Shown here piece by piece: positions 1-10,217 of a stretch of 64,000 bases of DNA. The stretch spans positions 1,344,001 through 1,408,000 of the forward strand of contig CAVSIV010000006.1 in assembly GCA_963728205.1 (NCBI GenBank), in the 5' to 3' direction. The DNA comes from an uncultured Chloroflexia bacterium. GTDB taxonomy: Bacteria; Chloroflexota; Dehalococcoidia; UBA2979. Under the pieces are notes generated by a model. It worked only from the letters and a program-made list of their open reading frames with translations. It did not search any database and had not been told where the DNA came from. Position 1 is the stretch's first letter; every line of letters starts with the position of its first letter. A program made the position numbers and the translations under genes.

Positions 1-177
1 CCCGCCGGCGCGCGACTCACCCGCTTCTTCGTCGACGGCGCGCCCGCCGGCCAGGCCACCGGGGACGACCCCCGCGTGTTCTGGCCGGTCGCGCGCGGCG
101 CGCACGTGATCCGCATCGAGGTCGTGCTGGCGGACGGGTCGACCGCTGTCGCGACGTCAGGCTATGTCGTCCGTTGA
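1..177 (+). CDS. C-terminal end of probable penicillin-binding protein 1C (partial)
   Basis: Frame 1 reads ...RFFVDGAPAGQATGDDPRVFWPVARGAHVIRIEVV...*, resembling the PBP1C C-terminal domain; lies directly upstream of an alpha-2-macroglobulin, the usual partner. Confidence 0.6.
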   Translation, partial: PAGARLTRFFVDGAPAGQATGDDPRVFWPVARGAHVIRIEVVLADGSTAVATSGYVVR

Positions 178-220
178 CCCGCCGAGCCGGTCACCGGGGG
201 GCGCCACGAGGTGAAGTGAG

Positions 221-3200
221 ATGACGAACCGGCTCTCCGACGCGTGGCGGCGCATCGTGCAGCGCGGGCGGGCGCATCCGCGCGCCATCGTGGCGTCGAG
301 CGTCGTGCTCACGCTCGTCGTGTGCGGCGGGCTCGCGTTCGCGCTCGCGCGCGGCGGCGGCTCCACGCCGGCGTCGCCCGACACGCTCACGATCGAGCCG
401 GGCGGCACGGCCGTGCCGCGCCTCGCACCCGTCGTCGTCCACTTCCCGCAGCAGCCGGGTCAGACCGAGGGCGCGCGGCTCGTCTCGCTGCAGCCCGCCG
501 TGCCCGGCCAGTACGCCTGGCTCGACGACCAGACGCTGCTCTTCCAGCCCGACTACCCCGGCCTCGTGCGCGGCAGCCGCTACACCGTCACCGTCGACGC
601 CCACGCCGCCGGCCTCACCGCGGACGCCACCCAGGCGTTCACCGTCGAGGGCAAGCTCACCGTCGACCACGTCATCCCGTCGGACGGCAACGTCGACGTG
701 CCCGCCGGGGCGCACGTGCTCGTGCAGTTCAGCCGCTCCGTCGCGCCGCTCACCACGCTCGACGCGCAGGACGCCACCCCGCCGGTGAAGTTCGACCCGC
801 CGCTGGCCGGCGCCGGCCGCTGGCTCAACACGTCGCTGTACGAGTTCGTCCCGACCGACCTGCAGCCGAGCACGACCTACCACGTGACCGTCCCCGCCGG
901 GCTGACCTCGGCGTCGGACGGCGTGCTCGACGCCGACTACTCGTGGTCGTTCAGCACCTACCGGCCGGCCGTCGCGAAGTCCGACCCCGCCGACAACACG
1001 CAGTTCATGGCGCCCGACCAGGTCGTGTCGCTGACGTTCAACCAGCCGATGGACCGCACGTCCATCGAGCACCTGCTCGCCGTCACCGACGCGAGCGGCG
1101 CCGCAGTCGCCGGCGCGATCACGTGGAGCGACCAGGACACCGTCGTGCACTTCACGCCGTCGCAGCCGTGGGCGCTCAGCACGCGCTACACCGTGACCGT
1201 CCCCGCCGGCGTCGCCGGCGCGGCGGGCGGGGCGACCGCGACCGAGCGCACGATCACGTTCCGCACCGTCGACCCGCCGCGCATCGTCTCGACCACGCCC
1301 GCCGACGGCGAGACCGCCGCCGGCCGCTACGGCGTGCAGATCGAGTTCAACAACCCCGTCGACGTCGAGTCGCTGCAGTCGCGCGTCGCGATCAGCGGCA
1401 TCGCGCCCGACGACCTGCAGGTGATGGAGGGTGGGCCGAACGGCATCTACGTCGGCGTAAAGCTCCAGCCGTCGACGCACTACACCGTGAGCATCGCGGC
1501 CGGCGCGGTCGACCGCAGCGGCCAGCCGATCCCCGCGGCATCGTTCGCGTTCACGACCGGCGCGCTGCCGCCGTCGATCTCGTTCGCCGTGCCGTCGTGG
1601 GTCGCCACCTACTCGGCGACCACCGACGCGATCCTCTACGCGCGCGTCACGAACCTCGACCACGCGTCGTTCGCGCTCTACCGGCTGTCGGAGAGCGACG
1701 CGAACGGCATCCTCGACACGAACCAGCTCCCGAAGACCGGTGGCTTGTGGACGCCGCCGTCCGCGCCGATCCGCACGTGGGACGTGCCCGTCGACGGCGG
1801 GCAGGACGCCACCACGCTGATCTCGACGTCGCTCGGCGACGGCGCCCCGCTGCCGGCCGGCGAGTACTACGTGGCGTCGACCAACGGCGCCGTGTACTCG
1901 CAGCTCATGGTCAGCGTGGTCGACACCGCGATGGTGACGAAGCTCTCGCAGGACCAGCTGCTGGTGTGGGCGCTCGACTACGCGACCGGCAAGCCCGTAG
2001 CCGGCGCCACCGTCACCGCGAGCGGCCCCGGCCTGAGCGGAGCCGCCGCCACCGCGCAGACCGACGCCAGCGGCCTCGCCACCTTCACCGTGCCGTCGCC
2101 GCGCGACGTCTCGAACAAGGAGCGCGCGTACGTCGCGCACCTCGACGACCAGGGCCGCCACGGCGTGGCGTCGACGCGCTGGACGAACGGCGCGCAGCCG
2201 TGGCAGCTCGGCCTGCCCGTCGATTACTACCAGCGGCAGTACGTGGCGTACCTCTACACCGACCGGCCGATCTACCGGCCCGGCGAGACCGTCTCGTACA
2301 AGGTGATCGTCCGCGCCGACGACGACGCCAGCTACAGCGTCCCGAGCCCCGCGCCCGCGCTGCAGCTCGTCGTGCACGACCCGCAGTACAGCGACCTCGA
2401 GACGCAGGACGTCACGCTCAACGACCTCGGCACGTGGGGCGGCACGCTGTCGCTCGCCGAGGGCGCCGCCACCGGCCAGTACTCGCTCGAGCTGCGCGTG
2501 ACCGGGACCGGCAACCAGTTCGGGCCGGGCTACGAGAGCATCGGCGGCACCGCGTTCCAGGTCGCCGAGTTCCGCAACCCCGAGTTCCAGGTCGCCGTCA
2601 GCACCGATCGCGATCGCTACGTGAACGGCCAGACCATCGACGGCGCCGCGCAGGCGAACTTCTTCTTCGGCGGCGCGCTCGCCGCCGCGCCGGTGACGTG
2701 GGCCGCGCTCGCCTCGCCGACGTACATCCAGTCGAAGGACTTCCCCGGCTACTCGTTCAACGACTTCGACTACGCCCGCACCACGCAACCGCAGCAGCCG
2801 CTGCGCGCGCAGGGGACCGCGACCACCGACGCCGCCGGCAAGGCGACCTTCCAGGTCCCGGCCGTGCTCCAGGGCGACGAGGGCCCGCAGCAGTTCACGG
2901 TCTCCGCGACCGTCACCGACCAGAACCAGCAGCAGGTCGCCGACAGCACGACCGTCACCGTCGACACCGGCGCCGTCTACCCCGGCGTGAAGCCGGCCGA
3001 GTACATCGCGAAGAGCGGGCAGGCCGCCGAGATCGACGTCGCGTCGGTCGACCCGACCGGCGCCGCGCTGCCGCGGCGCGACGTCGTCGTGCGCGTCTAC
3101 GAGCGCGACTGGGTGACGACGAAGGTGCAGACCGCCGACGGCGGCAAGCACTACGTGAGCGAGCCGAAGGACACGCTCGTCGCGACGCTGCCGGTCACCA

Positions 3201-6200
3201 CCGGCGCCGACGCCACCGCGAGCGTGACCTACACGCCGGCGAAGACCGGCGAGCTGCGCATCGTCGCGTCCGCCACCGATGACAGCGGGCGGACGTCGAA
3301 GTCGTCGACGCAGATCTGGGTCGCCGGCACCGAGTTCGCCTCGTGGCAGGTGCGCAACGACGACGTGCTGCCGCTCGTCGCCGACCGCGACTCGTACGAC
3401 GTCGGCGACACCGCGCAGGTCCTCGTGCCGTCCGCCTTCGAGGGCGCGACCGGGCTCGTCACCATCGAGCGCGGCAAGATCATCTCGAAGACAACGCGCG
3501 CGTTCCCGACGACGGCCGAGACGCTGAGCATCCCGATCACCGACCAGGACGTGCCGAACGTCTTCGTCGGCGTCGTGCTCTACCGCCCGCCGACCGCCGC
3601 CGACCCGCTGCCGCGCTACCAGGTCGGCTACGTGGAGCTGCACGTGTCGACCGCCTCGCGGCACCTCGACGTCACCATCACGCCGTCGACCACGCAGGCG
3701 CAGCCGGGCGACACGGTCGACTACCACGTGCACGTCGCCGACGCCGCCGGCAAGGGCGTGCAGTCGGAGTTCTCGATCGCGGTCGTGGACAAGGCCGTGC
3801 TGTCGCTCGCGCAGGAGGTGGGCCCCGACGGCCTGCACGCGTTCTGGTACGAGCGCGGGCTCGGCGTCGCGACGGCGTCGTCGCTGGCCGTGTCGATCGA
3901 CCGCGCGAACGACGCGATCCCGGAGAGCCAGGCCGGCGGCAAGGGCGGCGGCGGCGAGTCGAACGCGCTGCGCTCGGACTTCCGCAACACCGCCGACTGG
4001 GAGGCGCAGGTCGCGACCGACGCCAACGGCGACGCCACGGTCTCGGTGAAGCTGCCCGACACGCTGACGACGTGGCGCGCCGACGTGCGCGCCGTCGACG
4101 GCGGCACGCGCATCGGCGAGGCGACGGCCGAGGTCGTCTCCACGCAGCCGCTGCTGCTGCGGCCGGCGCTGCCGCGCTTCCTGCGCGTCGGCGACGACGT
4201 CGGCCTGCGCATGCTCGTGACGAACACGACGCAGCAGGCGAGCGACGTCAGCGTGCAGCTGAACGCGGGCGGGGTGAACCTCACGGGCGATGCGACGCAG
4301 ACCGCGCACGTCGCGGCCGGCGAGACCGCCACGCTGGCGTGGAGCGCGCAGGCGAAGGCGGCCGGCACCGCGCACCTCGCCTTCACCGCGACCGGCAGTG
4401 GCGGGCTCTCCGACGGCGTCGCGCTCGACGTGCCGGTGCTCGTCGACCTCACGCCCGAGACCACCGCCACGGGCGGCGAGCTCGACGCGGGGGCGACGTC
4501 GGAGGCGGTCTACCTGCCGGAGTGGGCGGTCACCGACGGCGGCAGCCTCTCGGTCAGCGTGCAGGCGTCGCTCGCCGGCTCGCTCGGCGAGGAGCTGACG
4601 CACCTCGCGCCGCAGCCGTACGAGACGGTGGAACGCAAGGCGAGCCGGGTGGTCGCGACAATCGCCGCGCACCGCGCGGCGGGCGGCTCCGTGGTGGACG
4701 ACCAGGTGCGGTCCGACGTGGCGGCGCTCGTCGGCCTGCAGCACGTCGACGGCGGCTGGGGCTGGTGCGCGGACTGCGACTCGTCGCCGGCGATGAGCGC
4801 GTGGGTGCTCGTCGCGCTGGGCGACGCGCAGGCCGCCGGCGTGAACGTGAACGCCGACGCGGTGGCGCGCGGCCAGACGTACGTGTCGAGCCAGGCGGGG
4901 CAGGCGAGCGACGTCGCCGACCCGATGTCGCCGAACGACCGCGCGTACCTCTACTCCGCGATCGTGCAGGCGGCGGGCGGGGCGACCGGGTCGTCGAGCG
5001 GGGCGGCGACCGCCACCGCGACGGCGACGGCGACCCCCAATTTGCCGCCGCCGCCGGAGGGCAAGCCGACGAAGCCCGGCGCGCCGCCGCCGGTCGGCGT
5101 TGGCCTCGGTGTGACGGCGAACGCGCAGCGCGCGGCGTCGTCGCTGCGCGCGATCGTCGACCAGGACCGCTCGCAGCTCACGAACTGGGGTCGCGCCTGG
5201 GCGCTGCTCGGGCTCGTCGCCGACGACCGGGACGAGGACCAGCAGCCGGTCCAGTCGCTGATCACGGACCTCTCGTCGAGCGCCGTCGCCAGCGCGACCG
5301 GCGCGCACTGGGAGGACCGGCACGGGACGGCGGGCTACCAGCTCGTCGCCGCGATGCAGTCGAACCTCCGCACGACGGCGCTCGTCGTGCAGGCGCTGAG
5401 CGCGTCGCAGCCCGGCCACGCGCTGCTGCCCGAGGCCGTGCGCTGGCTCACGAGCGCGCGCACGGCGAAGGGGTGGAGCACGTCGCTCGAGCGGGCGCAG
5501 GCGGTGCGCGCGCTCTCCGCGTACGCGGTGGCGAGCGGCGAGACCGCCGCGAACTACAGCTACCGGGTGGCGCTCGGCGAGACGTCGCTGCTCGACGGCA
5601 CGTTCAACAAGTCGACCGCGCAGCAGGCGGCGACGAAGCAGGTGCCGCTCACGGACCTGCAGCAGGGTGCCGTGAACAAGCTGGCGTTCACGAAGAGCGG
5701 CAGCGGCCGGCTCTACTACGCGCTCGACCTGCGCTACCTGACGCCGGCCGCGCGCGCGGAGGCGCTGAACCAGGGCTTCGCGGTGTCGCACACGTACACG
5801 CTGCTCGACGCGCAGGAGGCGCCCGTGCAGCAGGCCGCGCTCGGCGACACCGTGCGGGTCGAGGTCACGGTCGTCGTGCCCGCCGACCGCAACTTCGTCA
5901 CGGTCGAGGACGCGCTGCCCGCCGGGCTCGAGCCGGTCGACACGTCGCTCGCGACGACCGACCCGGCGCTGAAGCAGCAGCTCGAGGAGGAGCGGCGGCA
6001 GGCGGCGACGGCCGGCCAGACGGACCAGGTCGCGCCGTGGTACCGCTGGTACTACAGCCCGTGGAGCCACGTGGACGTGCGCGACGACCGGGTCGTGCTC
6101 GCCGCGCAGCGGCTGCCGGCCGGCGTCTACACGTACGTCTACTACGCGCGGGCGACGGCGCCGGGGACGTTCTTCGTCGCGCCGCCGCACGCTGAGGAGA

Positions 6201-6256
6201 CGTACTTCCCGGAGGTGTTCGGGCGCGGGGACAGCGGGACGTTCACGGTGAAGTAG
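221..6256 (+). CDS. Bacterial alpha-2-macroglobulin family protein with N-terminal TM anchor and Ig-like repeats
   Basis: 2011 aa; YTDRPIYRPGETV (MG2), LRSDFRNTADW, LPDTLTTWR, DGGWGW and C-terminal VEDALPAGLE...YFPEVFGR motifs. Confidence 0.92.
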   Translation: MTNRLSDAWRRIVQRGRAHPRAIVASSVVLTLVVCGGLAFALARGGGSTPASPDTLTIEPGGTAVPRLAPVVVHFPQQPGQTEGARLVSLQPAVPGQYAWLDDQTLLFQPDYPGLVRGSRYTVTVDAHAAGLTADATQAFTVEGKLTVDHVIPSDGNVDVPAGAHVLVQFSRSVAPLTTLDAQDATPPVKFDPPLAGAGRWLNTSLYEFVPTDLQPSTTYHVTVPAGLTSASDGVLDADYSWSFSTYRPAVAKSDPADNTQFMAPDQVVSLTFNQPMDRTSIEHLLAVTDASGAAVAGAITWSDQDTVVHFTPSQPWALSTRYTVTVPAGVAGAAGGATATERTITFRTVDPPRIVSTTPADGETAAGRYGVQIEFNNPVDVESLQSRVAISGIAPDDLQVMEGGPNGIYVGVKLQPSTHYTVSIAAGAVDRSGQPIPAASFAFTTGALPPSISFAVPSWVATYSATTDAILYARVTNLDHASFALYRLSESDANGILDTNQLPKTGGLWTPPSAPIRTWDVPVDGGQDATTLISTSLGDGAPLPAGEYYVASTNGAVYSQLMVSVVDTAMVTKLSQDQLLVWALDYATGKPVAGATVTASGPGLSGAAATAQTDASGLATFTVPSPRDVSNKERAYVAHLDDQGRHGVASTRWTNGAQPWQLGLPVDYYQRQYVAYLYTDRPIYRPGETVSYKVIVRADDDASYSVPSPAPALQLVVHDPQYSDLETQDVTLNDLGTWGGTLSLAEGAATGQYSLELRVTGTGNQFGPGYESIGGTAFQVAEFRNPEFQVAVSTDRDRYVNGQTIDGAAQANFFFGGALAAAPVTWAALASPTYIQSKDFPGYSFNDFDYARTTQPQQPLRAQGTATTDAAGKATFQVPAVLQGDEGPQQFTVSATVTDQNQQQVADSTTVTVDTGAVYPGVKPAEYIAKSGQAAEIDVASVDPTGAALPRRDVVVRVYERDWVTTKVQTADGGKHYVSEPKDTLVATLPVTTGADATASVTYTPAKTGELRIVASATDDSGRTSKSSTQIWVAGTEFASWQVRNDDVLPLVADRDSYDVGDTAQVLVPSAFEGATGLVTIERGKIISKTTRAFPTTAETLSIPITDQDVPNVFVGVVLYRPPTAADPLPRYQVGYVELHVSTASRHLDVTITPSTTQAQPGDTVDYHVHVADAAGKGVQSEFSIAVVDKAVLSLAQEVGPDGLHAFWYERGLGVATASSLAVSIDRANDAIPESQAGGKGGGGESNALRSDFRNTADWEAQVATDANGDATVSVKLPDTLTTWRADVRAVDGGTRIGEATAEVVSTQPLLLRPALPRFLRVGDDVGLRMLVTNTTQQASDVSVQLNAGGVNLTGDATQTAHVAAGETATLAWSAQAKAAGTAHLAFTATGSGGLSDGVALDVPVLVDLTPETTATGGELDAGATSEAVYLPEWAVTDGGSLSVSVQASLAGSLGEELTHLAPQPYETVERKASRVVATIAAHRAAGGSVVDDQVRSDVAALVGLQHVDGGWGWCADCDSSPAMSAWVLVALGDAQAAGVNVNADAVARGQTYVSSQAGQASDVADPMSPNDRAYLYSAIVQAAGGATGSSSGAATATATATATPNLPPPPEGKPTKPGAPPPVGVGLGVTANAQRAASSLRAIVDQDRSQLTNWGRAWALLGLVADDRDEDQQPVQSLITDLSSSAVASATGAHWEDRHGTAGYQLVAAMQSNLRTTALVVQALSASQPGHALLPEAVRWLTSARTAKGWSTSLERAQAVRALSAYAVASGETAANYSYRVALGETSLLDGTFNKSTAQQAATKQVPLTDLQQGAVNKLAFTKSGSGRLYYALDLRYLTPAARAEALNQGFAVSHTYTLLDAQEAPVQQAALGDTVRVEVTVVVPADRNFVTVEDALPAGLEPVDTSLATTDPALKQQLEEERRQAATAGQTDQVAPWYRWYYSPWSHVDVRDDRVVLAAQRLPAGVYTYVYYARATAPGTFFVAPPHAEETYFPEVFGRGDSGTFTVK

Positions 6257-6270
6257 GGGGTGGCGGCGGG

Positions 6271-6672
6271 CTACTCGCCCGCGGCGCCGGACTTCATGGC
6301 TTCCGCGATCGCCGCGAACAGGACCTCCGGCGACGCCGTCGTGCGCGTGCGGTCGATGCCGATCTCCGCCGGGTGGGACGTGTAGAAGATCACGATCGGG
6401 CGGACCGCGAGCACGTCGCCGAGCGCCGCGGGCACGTGGAGTCGCGCTCGCGGATCCGCCGGGTCGTCGCGAATGATGTCGCTGATCACCGCGTCGTACT
6501 TGCGCCGCCCCACCAGGTCCACCGCGCCGGCGTTGCACGCCGCCACGTCGACCGCGATGCCGCGCAGGCGGAGGAGGTTCATCTCCGCGACGTTGTCCTC
6601 CGGGTGATCGTCGACCCACAGCAGCCGGATGGTCGGAGGCCGGACGGTCGGAGGCCACCTCGCGCCGGGCAC
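6271..6672 (-). CDS. Stand-alone response-regulator receiver domain protein
   Basis: LLWVDDHPEDN...YDAVISDIIR...VIFYTS; start uncertain. Confidence 0.7.
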   Translation of the reverse strand: MPGARWPPTVRPPTIRLLWVDDHPEDNVAEMNLLRLRGIAVDVAACNAGAVDLVGRRKYDAVISDIIRDDPADPRARLHVPAALGDVLAVRPIVIFYTSHPAEIGIDRTRTTASPEVLFAAIAEAMKSGAAGE

Positions 6673-6755
6673 ATCACGGGCATAGCATGCGTGCGCGCGT
6701 TGGTACGACCTCGGTGTGGCGCCTCCGCCAGTGCGAGCGCATGCGCCGAGGGACC

Positions 6756-8570
6756 ATGAACCCACCTCACTCTGCCCGCCCGTCGGACCGCCGGTCCTGG
6801 TTCAGCACGTCGCTGGTCGCGGCCACGATCGCCACCGCGATCGTCGCGCTGAGCCTGCTCCTCTCCACCGCCACCCCGGCGAGCGCCGCCCCGGCCACGC
6901 AGTGCAACGGCGAGCAGAACCTGCCCCTCCAGGGCCTCCGCTGCGCGGTCACCGTGGTCAACTACGTCACGCCGTCCGGCGCACTCTCCCCGTCGCCGTC
7001 GTCGACCGTCACCGTCACGCGCTGCGTCGGCGCGGACTGGCTGATCTCGAGCGGCGGCGGCACGTGCACGACCACGACGACCCTCTCGTCGACACCGGTC
7101 ACCACGGTCCAGCAGTGCGACAACTCCGCCAACGGCATCCACGCCGCGCTGATCTGCTCGGTGACGATCACGAACCACTTCAGCGCTTTGCCGGCGAGCC
7201 CGATCGTGCCCGCGACCGTCTACCAGTGCGTCCTGGCCTTCGCGAACGGGGCGGGTACCTGCTCCCCGGCGAACACGGGCGGCAGCATCAACTCGATCGG
7301 CGCCGCGACGGTCGGGCAGTGCGTCGACACGGGGAACATCGGCGGCACGCACGGTCTCTGCGCGGTGATCGCCGGCTCGACGACGACCGCGAGCCTGCCG
7401 GTGCACATCGACCAGTGCAACGACTCGGTGAACGGGGGCCTGGGCGAGGTCAACTGCAGCGCGACGGTCGTGAACGACGTGATCGCGCCGCCCACTCCGT
7501 CTCCCACTCCGGCGACGTGCGTCGACGCCGGCAGTCCCACGCCCGCGCCCGGCGCCGGTGGGGCGGGCGGAGCGGGTGGAGCGGGTGGTGCCACCGCCAC
7601 GCCCGACGCCGGTGGGGCGGGCGGAGCGGGTGGAGCGGGTGGTGCCACCGCCACGCCCGACGCCGGTGGGGCGGGCGGAGCGGGTGGTGCCGGCGGCGCC
7701 GGAGGTGCCGGGGGTGCGGGTGGTGCCGGAGGGGCGGGCGCCGGGGGCGTGAGCGTCGCGAGCATCGCCCTCCCGCCGTCGGACTGCACCCCGACCGCGA
7801 GCCCGACCGCGACGGTCACGCCCGCCGCCACGCCGACCGCGACATCGACTCCGACGGCGACCACTACGCCGACGACTACGCCGACGGCGGCGACCACGCC
7901 GACGGCGACGACCACGCCGACGGCGACGGCGACCCCCGTCGTCGCGAGCACGCCGCCCGCGGGCGGCTGCGGCGCCGTGCCGTGTGGCAGCACCGAGACG
8001 GTGTGCGATGGTCCGTGCACGACGGCGCCGACGGTGTGCGCCGGCGACTGCGCGGTGATCACCCTCACGATCTGCGCCACCGACTGCCAGCCGACCGTCG
8101 TCGTCGGCTGCCAGGGCGACTGTGGCGTGACCGTCACGACGGCGTGCGCAGGCCAGTGCGAGCCGGCGACGACGACCGCGTGCACGGGGCCGTGCGCCCC
8201 GGCCGCGCCTCCCATCACCTGCACGGGGCCGTGCCAACCCCCGGTCGTCGCGTGTACCGGCCCGTGCTCCGTGACGACGACCACCACGGCGGCCTGTATC
8301 GGTGCGTGCACGACCACCGTGACGATCGCGTGCGCCGGGGGGTGCACCGGGAGCCAGGCCGCCGCGGTGTCGGCCGAGCAGCTGGTCGCCGTGGCGCGCG
8401 CCGCCGTCGCGACGCCGCACGCCGGCTCACCGCTCCCGGCCGCGACCGGCATGGGGCCGGTCCCGCAGGGCCGGTCGACGTCGCCCGCGTGGCCCCTCGC
8501 GCTCGCGCTGGCCGCGGTGGGGGTCACCGCCGCGGGCGCCTACGCCGTGCGCCACCGGCGCGCGCCCTAG
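6756..8570 (+). CDS. Secreted Cys-rich, Gly/Ala- and Pro/Thr-repeat surface protein with sortase-like C-terminal signal
   Basis: Signal peptide ending ASA-A; CxGxC repeats; PLPAATG followed by a hydrophobic helix and RHRR tail. Confidence 0.75.
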   Translation: MNPPHSARPSDRRSWFSTSLVAATIATAIVALSLLLSTATPASAAPATQCNGEQNLPLQGLRCAVTVVNYVTPSGALSPSPSSTVTVTRCVGADWLISSGGGTCTTTTTLSSTPVTTVQQCDNSANGIHAALICSVTITNHFSALPASPIVPATVYQCVLAFANGAGTCSPANTGGSINSIGAATVGQCVDTGNIGGTHGLCAVIAGSTTTASLPVHIDQCNDSVNGGLGEVNCSATVVNDVIAPPTPSPTPATCVDAGSPTPAPGAGGAGGAGGAGGATATPDAGGAGGAGGAGGATATPDAGGAGGAGGAGGAGGAGGAGGAGGAGAGGVSVASIALPPSDCTPTASPTATVTPAATPTATSTPTATTTPTTTPTAATTPTATTTPTATATPVVASTPPAGGCGAVPCGSTETVCDGPCTTAPTVCAGDCAVITLTICATDCQPTVVVGCQGDCGVTVTTACAGQCEPATTTACTGPCAPAAPPITCTGPCQPPVVACTGPCSVTTTTTAACIGACTTTVTIACAGGCTGSQAAAVSAEQLVAVARAAVATPHAGSPLPAATGMGPVPQGRSTSPAWPLALALAAVGVTAAGAYAVRHRRAP

Positions 8571-8666
8571 GCGCGGCAGTTGAGTCGGCGGGCGCGCCGC
8601 GCCCACCGCGCCCGCCGCGCGCCGGGGTGATCGGCGTCGGGCCGGCTCAGCGGCGACCCGGCGACG

Positions 8667-8904
8667 TCAGCGCGCGCACGCCGCTGCGCGGCGCAGCATC
8701 AGATCGCGCTCCGCCGCGTTGCGCGTCAGCGCCGCCGCGCGCTCGAACTCCACGCGCGCCTCGTCGCGGCGGCCCCGCTTCTCCAGCAGGTCCCCCCGCA
8801 CGCTCGAGAGGAGGTGATAGCCGCGGAGCGCCGGCTCCGCCGTCAGCGCGTCGACGACCTCCAGGCATCGCGCCGTGGTCGAACGAGATCAGGTATCGCG
8901 GCAT
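8667..8904 (-). pseudogene. Deletion scar: 13 codons of a YCII/DGPF gene joined out of frame to the 3' end of an ECF42-type sigma gene
   Basis: MPRYLISFDHGAM, then in another frame LEVVDALTAEPALRGYHLLSSVRGDLLEKRGRRDEARVEFERAAALTRNAAERDLM, which parallels the C-terminus of the sigma factor at 13063-14352. Confidence 0.7.
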
Positions 8905-8971
8905 GCCACGCTCCTGCTGTGGGCGCCCTGCTCGCCGCGGCGGGCGCGGGCCCGCGCCCGCCCGCCCGCGG

Positions 8972-10165
8972 TCACACCACCGCCGCCGTCACCGAGAGGA
9001 TCGGCGGCAGCGTGCCCGGCAGCCGCTGCCAGCGCTCGCCGCGGTCGGCGCTGGCAAACACCTCGCCGTTCGACGTGCCGACGTACACGCCCTCGGACTC
9101 CAGGCCGTCGGTGTCGAGGCCCTCGCGGTAGACGCTCTGGTAGTCGTGCGGGCCCGGGAGGCCCTTCGTCATCGCCTGCCAGCTCTTGCCGTCGTCCTGC
9201 GTGCGCCACACCGCGAACTGGCCGCGCGCGACGCGGAAGTTGTCCTCTTCGAACGCCAGCGGCACGACGTACGCCGCCGCCGGGCCGCGCTTCGACAGCG
9301 CGAGCGGGAAGCCGTGGAACGACGGCAGGCCCTCGGTCACGTCGAGCCACCCCGCCGGGTCGCCGAGGTCGTGCCGGAACACGCCGATGTGCGCCTGGCC
9401 CCAGAGGCGGTCGGGGTTCGTCGGGTCGATCAGCAGCTTGTGAAACTCGTCCTGCGCCGCCGGGTCGACGTTCTCCGGCAGCTTGAACACCTGCTCCATC
9501 TGCGCGGCCAGCTCCGGGAAGCGCTTCGCGAACTCCGCCTCCATCGCCTGCGCCATCGGCGTCTGCGGCACGATGCGGTGCGAGATCAGCTCCCACGACG
9601 CGCCGGCGTCCTTCGACTCGTACGTGCCGCCCGTGCTGATCGAGACGAAGACGTGCTGCGCGTCGCGCGGGTCGACCTGGATCGAGTGCAGCGCCGACTG
9701 CCCGCCGCCGCTGCCGCCCCACGCCGAGCGGTAGGGGTGGTTCATCAGGCCCTCGACCGGCGCCCAGCTCTCTCCGCCGTCCTCGCTGCGGAAGAGGCCG
9801 GCCGGCTGCGTGCCGGCGTAGACGACGCCGGGCTCGGAGGCGTGGCCGGGCTGCACGTGCCAGACCGAGCCGAGCCCGCCCGACATGAACTCCTCGGCCG
9901 TCGCTTGACGGCGGAAGCCGAGGCCGCGCGAGTTCCAGTCCCACGTCTTGCCCATGTCGTCGCTGCGCGCGACGAACGGCCCCCAGGCCCAGTGCGCGCC
10001 CGAGGCGAGCAGGCGCGGCGTCGCGCCGCGGGTGTCGGCCGCCATGTGGTAGACGGACCAGCCGGGCATGATCGGCTCGGCGAGCTCCCAGCGCTCGCGC
10101 TTCTCGTCGGACGAGTAGAGGAACGCGCCCTTCTTCGTCCCGACCAGCAGCTTCACCTGTGCCAT
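8972..10165 (-). CDS. BNR/Asp-box repeat beta-propeller (sialidase/WD40-YVTN-like) protein
   Basis: LLVGTKKGAF N-terminus; repeated SxDxGxSW Asp-boxes. Confidence 0.85.
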   Translation of the reverse strand: MAQVKLLVGTKKGAFLYSSDEKRERWELAEPIMPGWSVYHMAADTRGATPRLLASGAHWAWGPFVARSDDMGKTWDWNSRGLGFRRQATAEEFMSGGLGSVWHVQPGHASEPGVVYAGTQPAGLFRSEDGGESWAPVEGLMNHPYRSAWGGSGGGQSALHSIQVDPRDAQHVFVSISTGGTYESKDAGASWELISHRIVPQTPMAQAMEAEFAKRFPELAAQMEQVFKLPENVDPAAQDEFHKLLIDPTNPDRLWGQAHIGVFRHDLGDPAGWLDVTEGLPSFHGFPLALSKRGPAAAYVVPLAFEEDNFRVARGQFAVWRTQDDGKSWQAMTKGLPGPHDYQSVYREGLDTDGLESEGVYVGTSNGEVFASADRGERWQRLPGTLPPILSVTAAVV

Positions 10166-10217
10166 CGTCGTCCCCCCGTGCGCGGCCGGCTGCGGCCGCG
10201 TGCCCGCGCCTGTTTTG

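Noticed and set aside
191-6658. 2155-aa minus-strand ORF, and similar long Arg/Gly-rich ORFs such as 55864-58887
   Set aside because: Antisense or off-frame shadows of real high-GC genes; no recognisable motifs
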